DNA of 64,000 bases from the human T2T-CHM13v2.0 reference genome, Homo sapiens, in assembly GCF_009914755.1 (NCBI RefSeq), contig NC_060930.1. The stretch is one strand, 5' to 3'. This document shows positions 33,053 through 46,945 of this stretch, one piece after another. Position numbers and translations under genes: made by a program. Positions within the stretch are counted from its first letter, which is position 1. The number at the start of each line of letters is the position of its first letter. Under the pieces are notes generated by a model. It searched no databases. It had not been told where the DNA came from and was given only the letters and a program-made list of their open reading frames with translations.

Positions 33053-34838
33053 TCAGGAGGGAACCCAAGAGGATAACTCTCTATCAAGTAGGGCTCCTAG
33101 ATTTCTTCTCTTTCAGAATTCTCATCTGATCATATTTAGGATAGCGCAAGAGGGCAGTACAATTGATATTGGCAGAAAAGAGAAAAGGGGGCATATCCAA
33201 CTGGTGAAATCGAAGAACTTTCACTCTTACATTCATATACTGGAAAAGTCAGTAGCCAGAAAAATATTTTGAAAATCTGTAATAATTCAGATGGAAAGAC
33301 ATTCACAACTTTTGCAATGTGAGAGAAGAAATTTCGGAAAAGTAGATCAAGCATGATTCTATTTCTGTAAAGCTACATGTATTTATTTGTATATATATAT
33401 ATCCATAGAAAATCTTCTGGAAGAAAACACACTCAAATGCTAACGGTGGTGAACATCTATGGGCAGGTAGATAATAATGACATGGCAGATTTTTAATATT
33501 ACTAGTTTGTATTTCCTTAATTTCTCTTCAAGCTATTACAGAGAATCCATGTAAAAGACTAATGTTTTCAATGAAAGGATTAATGTTCTTTCCATCTCAT
33601 AACTCAAGTTTCCAATAACGTCTTCCTCGCTGAGGGTAGAATAGTCAGTGCCTTACACAAAAGCCAGTGTTTGCATTAAATGACTGTGGTGCAGCCTCGC
33701 ATAACATAAATGACTTCAACAGCCACATCCTGATGCACAAGGGAAAACAAAGGAATGGAAATTTCAAAAAGCTAAAGTCACAAAAAGTAATGGAAGGAGT
33801 AGTAACAACAGCAGCAAAGGGAAATGCCCTGGGCGGGGAGACAGACCCCCACCCACACATCCCCAGCACTTGTTTTCTTGACTCTGGAGGCGCTTTCTTG
33901 ATTAGTCTATTTAAAAAAATGTTATTGTTTTAAAAATTGTAGCTAAAAATAACATCAAAATGCACAACATATGCAGAAACACCCCATGATGCAAATTATG
34001 TATGAAGAGGATGCAGCGATGTGGCCGGGAGTTAGCATGAAGCGTGGTTATTCTATCACGGAGATATGCTCCTCATCCACAAACCAGAGGGACGCACGGT
34101 CCAATCACCAGTGTCAGGTTTTACTGTTTGGTTTTATTTGTCAAAACTACTGCTTTACATGCAGAGGAGGGAGGAGTGTGTGTTTCTTCGGGTGGGGGAT
34201 GGAGGGAGCATTATAGAAGAACACGCATCCCAGTGACAGTATTTTTAAAGACTCTATCTACCATCTTTTCTGAACTAACAATTTCACCTTGAAATCTGTT
34301 ACAATAAGTACCTTTAATCAAAAGCCATTTGTTTTCCATTCTTTTCTATGGGCATACATTCACTATAGCTATTTACTGTAGTTCATTATTTCAGCATATT
34401 GCAATTATCATTGTTGTAGCCTTCAATCCTATTGCATTAATGTAGGAGTATGAAAAAGTCAGAAAGGAAAACTTAAAACAGTTCATTTTAAACTGTATTG
34501 CCTGTTAACAACCCTGTCCAAAATTTTAGTAGGTAAAAAAGCTGAACCACTGCCTACAAGAAGACCAAAAGATTGTCTGAAGATTCCATTTAGTACTTGT
34601 TTCCTGTTCTCTGTAAAACACGGATATTCTCTTGGTAAAGACATTCCATTTCTATTTCTATCTAGTGACCATCGAATATGTTGTAACTTGTTTACCTATT
34701 AAATAGGGAATTATAGCAATAATCATAGGAATTGCAGTGGCAGTAACAATAAAAACCAGAATAACAATTTGTCTCCTATTTGCCTTCATAGTAACATTAC
34801 TAAGAACTAATAAACTCTGAGGCTAGAGACTAAAGTAA

Positions 34839-35181
<343 letters not shown>

Positions 35182-36373
35182 GGACTGGTTATTACCTTAT
35201 AAAGGGAAGTACCATCAAATTGTTATCAGAGTAACTTGTTTCCAGGGAAGCCACTGTGGGATGAATGAACAGTCACTGGAACCAGTAAGCGAGTATATGC
35301 TATCCCTGGGCTAGGAGTTGCTGGTATATACTGAAGTACACAGTTACAAATCAATGCAAAGCAAATTAGCCAAAAGAGGCAAAAGTCACTCCCCTTTCTA
35401 AGCAGATTGTTAACAATGTCCTAAGAGAATGCAAGCATTTAAAAACTGTACATGGCTGATATTGGAAATATTGAGATTTAGAGCAACTAGAGAAGTTTTC
35501 AGATGCTTGAGAATATACATTGAAACATCACCTTACTTTTGAACAGAACACAAACTTACTTAGATCGATGCTTCTTCTGAATAGAAGCAGAAAAAAAAAA
35601 AAGGTAGGACTGTGATAGAAAACTATTTCAGAGGTTGATCCACTCATCTGGACCAAGTCCCTGCACCTAAAAATACAGGAAGTTAGATTTTAAGGTTTCT
35701 AAAATCTGCCAAAACTGTGCAACAGAGCTGGCCCTTGGCTGTCCAAACCTTCTAGAAAGGCAGAGTTTTAAAATGCACTTACACCGTGGGCACCCAATAA
35801 ATGCTTGATGAATAAATGAGTGAAATGAATGAATGAATGCATGAAAGAATGAGTGAGTAGCTTATTGAAAGTTGTCTGTGACATTCTATTAGGGCCTGAA
35901 AAACCAACAGCAATTATACAAGAGTCTTGCCCTTAAGAAGCTTCTATTCTATCAGGAGAAGCAAAAATATAAATAAGTTTAATACAGTGTGATACTTGCA
36001 GTAATAATGCAAGACCTTATCAGGGAGCAATTAGTGAAGAACTAGGCAAGGGGTTAAAGAAAGCTTCTAAGATAGGATCTAATTAAACAAATTCACACCA
36101 AGGTGCTAATATCTTATCTGTGGCCTCTGCCCCAGGATCATTTGCATTTTAATAGAAAACTAGCTGATGGCTTTGCTTGATACTTGAGGACTGAACTACT
36201 ATTAGTAGCATTTCAGGCCTCAGGAAAGAGGTCAGCAGAAAGGATGCTTCAAATAACACTACTAGGCAGAAAGTCTACCTACAGTTCTATCATGAAAAAA
36301 GGTTCAAAGTGGGTAGATGCAAGGCTTCTTCAAACACTTGTATCTAATAAAGACGTGAAAGAGAGTTGGTGAA

Positions 36374-36670
<297 letters not shown>

Positions 36671-36679
36671 AGAGAGAGT

Positions 36680-37190
36680 TGATGAATGGTTTCAAAGAGT
36701 TTCAAAGAGATATTTGCACACTCATATCCATAGCAGCATTATTAACAATAAACTAAAGGTGGAAGCAACCCAAGTGCCCACTGATAGATGAAGGATAAGC
36801 TAAATGTGGTCTACACATACAACAGAATATTATTCAGTCTAAAAAGGAAGGAAATTCTGACATGCTATAGCACAGACAGACCTGAAGGACATTATGCTCA
36901 GTGAAATGAGCCAGGCACAAAAGGACAAATACTACATGATTCCACTTATATGAGCCACTTACAGTAGTCAAAATAATAGACAGCAAGTAGAATGGTGGCT
37001 GCCGGGGGCTAGGGTGGAGGGTAGAGCATTAGTATTTTATGGGTCTAGATTCAGTTTTGCCAGAAAAAAAGAGGTGTGAAGACAAGACAATGGAGATGGC
37101 TTCACATCAATATGAATGTACAACTATACACTTAAAAATGGCTAAGACAGTAAATTTTATGTTATGTGTACTTTACTATAATAAAAAAAA
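36680..37190 (+). mobile_element. L1MB-like 3' end
   Basis: GAAATTCTGACATGC, GACATTATGCTCAGTGAAATGAGCCAGGCACAAAAGGACAAATAC, A-tail. Confidence 0.8.
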
Positions 37191-37415
37191 CTGGAAAATT
37201 ATGTTGGTGAACTATACCATAGCTTTGAAACTTACATGCAAAGTTATCTGATTATTATTATGTTAGCTATTTTATATGGAAAGTTATTGGACAGAAGTCA
37301 GAATGGGTAGTTTAGACTGATTAGGTAGACAGCTGCTTGCTTCCTAATCTGTTTGAAAAATGACACCCAAAAGATCTCCCCTGGGATCAGCTGAAATCAC
37401 CATTAAAAAAATTCA

Positions 37416-37530
37416 GGCCATGCTTGTAATTTCAGCACTTTGGGAGGTCAAGACAGGAGGATCACTTGAGGCCAGGGAGTGTGAGTCCAGCCTGGGCAAC
37501 ATAGTGAGACTTCATCTCTATAAAAAATAA
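37416..37530 (+). mobile_element. Free left Alu monomer (FLAM-like)
   Basis: TGTAATTTCAGCACTTTGGGAGG...AGACTTCATCTCTATAAAAAA; no right arm. Confidence 0.8.
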
Positions 37531-37879
37531 TTAAGAGAAAAATTAAATCCTTCCAACCCTTAGCCTTTGAAAAATGCAATTATCCTAGCCAAGGTCTCTA
37601 TCAGCTTAATGTGAGTGTCTCAACAAGACTGTTTTTCTCCACAGGCCAACCAAGGTACCTAGACTGATGTGAGGCATTTGGAAGAGGGGAAAGATTCGAC
37701 TGGAAAGGGAACAGAGAGTGACCAGCCACTGAAAGGACAGGCAGGAACCACTGGAAACAAACTGCGCCTACTTTGAAATTTCCCCCACAGCACAGATGAC
37801 CTTTTGCCACAAGTTTTCATACAAGCTTTGCTTTCTCATTCCAATAATCTCCCTGCTATCTGAAAGACTTCTGGCAATT

Positions 37880-37882
<3 letters not shown>

Positions 37883-37912
<30 letters not shown>
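37883..37912. repeat. (CA)n microsatellite
   Basis: About 15 AC units. Confidence 0.95.
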
Positions 37913-37915
<3 letters not shown>

Positions 37916-38355
37916 TCAAAACTTGAAAAGGGCTTCATCAGAAGATGAACAGGTCTTCTGCGAAATAATTCCCAACCATCACAATGTAAGTTAATCACAG
38001 GAAGTAATTTTGAATTTTCAGTGTCATCCTGAAACTGAACTATGGTTAGTAATTTGAGATTGAGATGAACGAAGTAAATGGAGATGCCTTAGAGCTCGGC
38101 ATTCCTGAGTTTGCTGCAATGAGTAGTTAAGTTTGAAGAATCTAGATATGTGAATGATGTAATAGATAAGGCAGACAGATTGGATCAGAGGGGTTTTAAT
38201 ATTAAGATAAGTGACAATGATAGCTCACAGTCATGACCTTATGCCTATATCATAGAGTGACACTAGACAGCCAGTGAAATGCAAAGCAGCCATGTGCCCT
38301 GGATTAGATTCGCACCTCTCTGTAGCTGGGCAGCTTTCAGTAGAGCATGTCAGGA

Positions 38356-38376
38356 GTGTGCGTATGTGTGCATGCA

Positions 38377-38411
<35 letters not shown>

Positions 38412-38426
38412 CAGAAAGAGAGAGAG
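38356..38426. repeat. (TG)n microsatellite with (GA)n tail
   Basis: Alternating purine-pyrimidine run. Confidence 0.95.
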
Positions 38427-40939
38427 TCTGTCATTGTAATATACAGGGAGTTTACATAAGAGAAGGTTGGAAGAGCAACAACAATTTGAATTAAGGTAGC
38501 CTATTTTTCTTTATAAGACACTCGGAATACCTAACAGGCCTTAACTTCATCAATCTCCGCACCATCTGTCAGACCTTAGGTTACAGTGACCACCCCCATG
38601 CATTAATCAAGAAGAGGCAACCAAGTGTGTAGCTTTGAGAAAAGTTCTGCTCTTTCAGACTTGACTGTATTATTAAAATTTCTAAAAAGGTAAACAACAG
38701 GAGGTGGTTTTAATCACAGTGTTGACTTTGATTGCATACCCATGTCCCTGGCAGCTTAGAATGGTTACAGCGCTTAAGGTAACATACAAAGTGCAGATGA
38801 GTAAGAAAAGAACCTGACAAAACTCAGTGAAATAACACGCAGGTGGCAGCATATGCACACCTGCGTCTTCACCCCACTTCCAAAAATAAGAAGATTCTAT
38901 TTTTTTTTACTGTCTACTCCATACACTCTAGAACAGATTACATACATATTTATAAAGAGAAATGTATTGTTTCAATATTTTATGCAAAACTTCATGTAAG
39001 GTCATGTGTTTGTACAGCACAAAACATGGAATTGGGTATCTCTCCAGTCACCTATAAAGCTGAGCTCATCCCTTCTTCTGGCACTTGTTCTATACTGTGT
39101 TCTGGAAGCCAGACCAGATTGAACACAGCAAACCATATCTTCCTTTCAGTATAGAATGCAATGAGTCAGTGTTTATGCAATGATCTGCTATTAAAGCAAA
39201 TAAGCAGAATCAGGAATTCCAAAACATGCCATGTTTTCATTTCCATTTCACATGAGTATAAAGCTCACCAAATTTGGGCACTTTAAATTATGAAGTCTCC
39301 TATCACACACTTCTTTATCAGTCCTCCACATAATTGTTTAACTAAGACTCTGATAAAAATGTCAAAAATGCTTGCCATGGTTCTCAGCAGCAAACAAATG
39401 CCTGCAGGCTCCGAGCATGCCCTGGGGTTTTTCAAACCCTCTCCTGTCTTTGAAAATGCATCCCATTCAGTTAGCAGTGCTGGTGATAAGACATGGCACG
39501 CAGAGGGTCTAAACCACCACCCCTAAAGGTGCCAGAGCAGAACCCTGCATTGAGTTTAATGCTGACAGAGCACTCCAATCAGTCAGTCTGTTCGAACTCT
39601 TTGATTGGAGAAAAGGTCAGAATCTGAGCTACAAAAGTGGCCTGCCTGCCCCTGGAAGATTAGGTCCTGGGTTTTTAGTTTTCCTTCTTGTCTTCCTCTG
39701 TTCCCACAATTCCCATTTATTTTCAATTATTTGGTTAGGGAAGGTGTCCCTCAAGGAAAAGAGCATAGGAATGAAGGCTGCCTGCCCTACTTGTAGACTC
39801 TTCTGTATGTTCTTTTTTAATGAAAAAAATTAGAAAACTTGGCAAATTATTATCTGCATCGCACACATTTTGATGCTCCCCTCCCTCAATTTTACCTATA
39901 AAAGATAGCACTTCCAACATTTGAGTTATAACCCCAAGGACTGAAAAATACCCAGCCACTCCGACCCGATATCAGGCAGTTTCAGTGACAACAAACTGGT
40001 CCCCAAACGTACCGGTGAAAACCACACGTTCTCACTCTTGGCGACTTGAATTTGGTGAAATGAAACAGTCATTTCTATTTTTGCCTTTTGAAAGAGTTAT
40101 GCTTAAAGGTGTAGTGAAAAGGTCAGATCTGGAAATTAATGGGTAAGCATGGTCCTATCCGAGGTCAGAGAAGCATTTTGAGAGTGCCCCAGAGCCTTTA
40201 GAACACATTGTTTATTTTGAGGTCAAAGGGAAAAACATGTTGGAAGGAAAAGAGTCTTTGGCTGGGTGATGACAATGACAAGAAGACACTTCCAGAGACT
40301 GGAATCTCTTTGACTCAGCCCCTTGGTAGGTGTTTATTTAGAACCCAAGGACATTGGAGTCTGGCAGGATCCCACAAAGGAGCGAGGTGAGGAACACTGG
40401 TGGAGTTCTCCCACCAGATTCATACGGATATTGCTGATGACCTGAGCCTCTGTCTTTTCTGCTCTACCTTGAAGGGCCTCCAACCTCTTTTCTGGTCACA
40501 TTGTTCTGAAAGTACACGTCAGCTTTGAGCCACCTCTCAGTCAAGTCCTTCCATCTTCTCCTATGCTATCCCTGGGTCATCTCTTTGGAAACTTCCTGAA
40601 TTGTCTAGGCTAACGAGTGTTTTTAGGCTTCTACCACCTAACCATGTCTCTACACATCTCATTGATCATGTCAACATCCTGCTTAAACTCTTTCAATGAC
40701 CACTCCCCTGTCTTCAAGATAAACTCTAAACTCCTCAGCAGAACTTACTGAAAAGACACTTTATGATCTGGCTTTTTCTTCATGAGACTTCACATATGCC
40801 TGACTCCAGCCACTCCAAACTACTTGCTGTCTTCCAACATGCCATGTTCTCTCTTACCTTTGAGCTTTGCTCATGTTGTCCTCATGTGACTAGAGCTGGA
40901 GTTTCCCCATCCTTTGAACTGAACAAATTAAGTAATTTG

Positions 40940-41302
40940 CTTTGGTTAAAGGGAAATTAGCAAGCATCTTGAAGCAGAGCTTGAAAAGCACTCATGCACT
41001 GGGGCTTGCCCTTTCTTGCTGCTTTTGGGAACCCTTAGCCTGCAAAGTGAAGAAGCTCAGACTAGTCTACTGGAGGATGAGAGGCCACCTGAAGCAGAGA
41101 CAAGCTGTCCCAGCTGAAGATCACCCATCTCTCAGGCAAACCAGCCTTCTAGTAGCTATGTGAGTGAGACCATGCTGGATTAACCAGTCCCAGCCAAGCT
41201 GGCCCAGACTAAAATAGTCCAGGTGACCCACAATCATAAGATTGTGGTCTTGGCCCTTAACTGTTGGGATGGCTTGTTACACAGTATATGCTAACTGATA
41301 CA
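40940..41302 (+). mobile_element. MLT1-type (MaLR) LTR fragment
   Basis: GAAGCAGAGCTTGAAAAGCAC...; ends GTTACACAGTATATGCTAACTGATACA. Confidence 0.7.
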
Positions 41303-41532
41303 TCCACTTTGTTTTCTGGTTAACATCTACTCCTCATTCAAGTCTGAGGATGAAAGCTTCCCTGATCCCAGAAGATGCCATGCTGGTCTGCATCCATGGC
41401 AACCTGTGGGTACCATTAGGAGAGAGCTGGTCATGGTGTAAAGGAATTGCCTGTTTTCTCATTTCTTTCCCCAGTGACTGAAAGCTCCTTTAACTACTGT
41501 AGGTGCCTAGCCTGTAGCATATGTGTGTGCAT

Positions 41533-41572
41533 ACACACACACACACACACACACACACTCTCTCTCTCTCTT
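41533..41572. repeat. Compound (CA)n(CT)n microsatellite
   Basis: Direct reading. Confidence 0.95.
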
Positions 41573-42559
41573 TCTGTAAATATTTGCTGAAAGAAGATAC
41601 AAGAATGTAGATATCCATCTTCAGGCTTTCTTCTATCCTAAATTTCAAAGAATTAGACTAGACTGTTTTTACCTATCACCACCTAGACACGGTAACCACA
41701 TCAAAATGTATTTTAATGTTTTACTTTTTCAGAGTTCTACTCATATCAACAGCCTTTGGGAATCTCCCTACTCCTTTTATAGATGAGACTATTATAGTTT
41801 CCAAACTCACTGTGCCTTTCAGTTTGACTAATACTATAAAATTCACCTAAAATTCCAAGGGCCCTCAGCATATGCACATGGATAATTCTGACAAATGTGT
41901 CACCTTCACTGTCATAATTATTCTACTATATACATGTCAAGGAAGCAGAAGGTCTTAACAATACATAACCGAATTCACTGTCAGTGTAATGACAATGACA
42001 GTTAATGACAACTCCTATTATAGCAGAAATGTCTCTACAACAAAGAGATGAGCAAGTTGCAACTGCTCACCTGTTCACTTCAGCAACGCATCATGATAGA
42101 TTTTGTTGTGTGAAATTTATCATAACAGCATCATGGCTGCCACAGTTATTAGGGAGCAATCACTGGGCTAAAAACTTAACAGACTTTATCGCATTTAACT
42201 CTCTTAACAGGTCATCAGGGTAGGTGTGGTCAGACCTTCTTTATAGATGAAGTAAATAAGGCTCAGAGAAGTTGGGCAATTTCCCAAAGGACACACAGCT
42301 ACTGGGTGGCAGGTCTGAAATCTGAACCCAAATGTGATTCAAAGAGTCTCTTATATGAACTAATACTTTAAATCTGATGCTGTTAAGTGGCAGTGATAAT
42401 GATCTTCCTTTGGAAGATAAGGAAATAGAGGCACCCAGATAGAGAGTAGCTTGCCACTGGTCTAAAAGGGCAGGGATGGGAAGAGAACCCAGGTGTCCCT
42501 TCTTAGCCTGAGGTTCCTGCTACTGGACAGAGCCCAAGGTGTCCCTATCTTCTCCTTAG

Positions 42560-42931
<372 letters not shown>

Positions 42932-45900
42932 TAGTATGCTTCCAGTTATTTACTGTGTATCTAGCTAGGTTGTGAAAAGAAAAGAATATGAAGCACGAAG
43001 TTCATGAAACCTAACTGGTCTATCATCTACTTTACCAAATTTCTTCTAAAAAAGCAACCATCAAACCCAGAGAAGAATTTGAAGCTTCTAACTTTAATGC
43101 CATTCACATTAGTTGTATTTCTTATTCATATGAGAGAACTATCTTTATTACCTGTGCACTATAAAGAATGATGAGTATTTAAACACTAAGTGTTGAATTA
43201 ACAGTTATATAATAATCCAAAAAAAAAAACAAAAAACAAAAACTGTACTTCTCCACTGTATCAAAATGTACTTAATAGGTATTTATTGTTTCAGGAATAT
43301 ACAATGTCTTCTATCATTTAAATCATTTTGTCAATTTAAAATAATGACCTGGCTGGGCACACTACACCCTGTCAAACAAAACTGATTTACTCTATCTCAT
43401 ACAAAACATCCTGAAAATATGGGATGCTCTGAAAGTGCCAACAGCTACCCTTGGAGTTTTTCTTTTTCCAAAAATTATTTCTTTCAATTCCAGTCCCAGA
43501 TCTTCACTACCAGCCCTTATTTCAGCTATGGTAGAAGGAGTGAATATACCTTCTGTTGAGTATACAAAACGTGCTAGAAATGGTCAGTTACACCCTAAAT
43601 GTCTTTCCCATCATAAGCACACAGTTTCATGCAATTATCTCGACTTGAGTGTGGTCATTCAGTGGAACAAATGACAACGGTCATTGAGACTACAAAAACT
43701 CTTTTAGTCGTGAAGGGAAAGGCAACAATGCATACGTCATACTTCCTGTCATCTGTGGGTCTTCAATGCTCTGGGGACACCCTTTCATCAGTCTCCCTTG
43801 TTCCCCATTTCCTTGCAAAGACCCACCTTGAGTCTCTTTCTTCGTGAAAAATGTCTTGGCATCTCCAGGGCCACACAGACGAAGCACTCTCAGGAGAAAA
43901 TGTCACCCAAACCCATTGCCTAGGGGCTTCCACAGAGAAGTGGCCATGGAGGGAAGCCCCCAGCTCTGCCAATGTCACTTGACTGTCCATTTTAGATTTC
44001 ATCTAGGCAAGGCCACTTTGGACAGGGACTTTAAGATACAATCCACAGTATTTCTATGTTCTTTGGATCCAAATCGGAAAATGGCAGAAAAAGTCATTTA
44101 GTGCCAATTCAATGTGGCATAATGAGAGGAGAGCAATTAAGAAGATTACAAAGTGAGCCATATTCCTCTTCAAGGCTGGGTGCATGGATAAATTACCAGA
44201 GCTCAGTAAGAAGGCTCTCGTTACACTGGATGGCTTTCAGGCCAGACCTGTCAACAGGAAAAGGGGCCAAGAGGGACTGTCATGGTGTTTCCCTTCCTTC
44301 TGCCTCCCTTGACCTCTGATTCCTCCCAAACATCTACTCATGTCTCCAACTCTGCATGCCAGTGCTGATAAACAAGCAAAACATTAACCTAATTCACAAG
44401 AAAAACTGATACCATCAGATGCTTTGAGATCGCCTAACATCTTGGCCCGGCAGTCCCCACATTCTGCCTGGACTACCCATTAATTCATTTGTTATTCTCC
44501 GTGGGATTCTATCTGTACCAGAAAGACCATGTGGTTCATGATCCTTAGTAAGTGACACTCCCATGATACACTTAGTAAGTGACGTTTTCCTCCTGGAGGC
44601 CTGCCCAGATGAGGGAAATGGAAAATCCTCTTTGAGCAAGGTGACTGCCAACTCCCTTCTGACCCTCTCGAGGCCACCCTCTTCCACCACCACTCCCTTA
44701 CTTGCCTTTAACGAAGTGCCAGCCAGCACGTTGCTAGGACAACTGGCGTCACTGCGGAGGCACAGAAATAGATCACCAGTGGGGCTAGGAACCTGGATTA
44801 TAAACGCCAATGACAGTGATGAGATACTGATTGGCAGCTAATCTGTCCCCTATAGCAAGTGACCGAGTAACACTACCCAGTGGGCAGCTCTCACCTTGAC
44901 ACACTACCCTTTCATCTACATTTGTGCTTGATGTGGTAGTGACTGAGAAGGGGCAAGGAACTAGCTTTAGATAGGAGCTGCATGACTCTGTTTTGAATTA
45001 TGTGAGCCAGTAGATATGTAGTAACCACCTGACATTTGCACCTTTAATTTGTTAGTTTCCTGAAAATTAGGGAGGAAGGCTGTTCACAAGCCGAAGTATG
45101 ACAGCCAGAAACAGGTAGAGCCATTGAGGTTGCCAAACAGAAGGAAAAAACAATCTGTTTGGACAAGCAATAGCTTTCTCCTTTCTGAACAATAGCGTTC
45201 TACTCTTCTACCTTCTTTTAGAGATCAAAGAAGGAAAAGGCAAAGGAAACCGGAAAACTAGGGCTTGCCATGGTTGAAGAAGAGAATAATCTTTGTGCCC
45301 AGTTCTCTTTGTTCTGCAGGGTGAGTTTTACAATGCTTATAACGGGTAGCAACTCGTAGGAGCCCCATGCATTAAGACTGCCTATCAAAGTCTTGGATTT
45401 TAGCCCTGGAGAAATTACATTTTTTTTTTCAATTCTATGCAAGCCACAAAGGCTTGGGAAGAAGAAAGGAAAAATGAAATGAAGAGCAACCTAATGGAAA
45501 CTTTAGAAAACCATTTTATCAAGAGCATTTTTATTTCCAGATGCACAAAGGAAGGCTGGTGAGGATGGCTGATGTGCAGATTGAAACACGTAACCAACAG
45601 CCTGGGACCTGTGCAGGGGTCCAGCAGCGAATTCTGACAGCAATGTGGGCAGGTCACCTCCCAGTGCCAGGCACTCAAGACTGGGAAATGATCACAAGAT
45701 GCTGTTTAAAAATGTATTGAGAAAGAAGTAGAATTTAAAAGTAGAAGAAGATGGTTAAGAGTCCAAAGAGCATGATGATAAAAACCTGTCTGAGTTTTGG
45801 AAATAAAAGATTATGATAGAGGATAGCCATTTGTATACCATTTATGTTTCCATTTAAGGAGACTCTCCTTAAGCAAGTTGTTTCAGGAATATAAGCACAA

Positions 45901-46545
45901 ATACAAAAAAAAATTGCTCTGAAAACTTAATTTCTCTAACATAGGTTTGAAACAGCTAATTTGCTATCACACCTCAAAATCATTTTATACTTGTCAAAAA
46001 TGACTTTTTCTGAATCATGTAACATACTTGTTTAGGTGTCTGGAAAAGGTTAACATAATCTTCAGGATTTATAGAAGATGGATTAATTCTTTCAGTCTAC
46101 AATTCTACTTAGCAATAATTTATTACATAGCTACCACTGGAAATTTAACATGAATTTAAGTTGGAGACATGGTTAATATTTTTATGGTATAATATGATTC
46201 TTTTACAAAAGTGAAAAATTTAGATAATTAAAAAATGAAGTCACCTTTCTATTTGTCTGTTTACATTAGTCCTAAGGAGTAATTTATGTGTTGTTAAGAA
46301 CCAATAGATTTTGTTTGGGTTCTATGACTAAACAATGTCAACTAGTTCTTATCACTATTCAGTCATCCCTGCCCTTCTTTATTGTGGATTCTTGAACATT
46401 GAGCACTTCGAATTTATACCACCTAAAAAATACATCTTTAGTTTTGTTTGGGTTTTTCTGTACAAAGTTCAGTTGGAAACACTGCCCTTACTAATGCTGG
46501 GAGGCATCATTCTTTAGGCATCCCAAGTTCTTGCTTCAACTTTTA

Positions 46546-46945
<400 letters not shown>

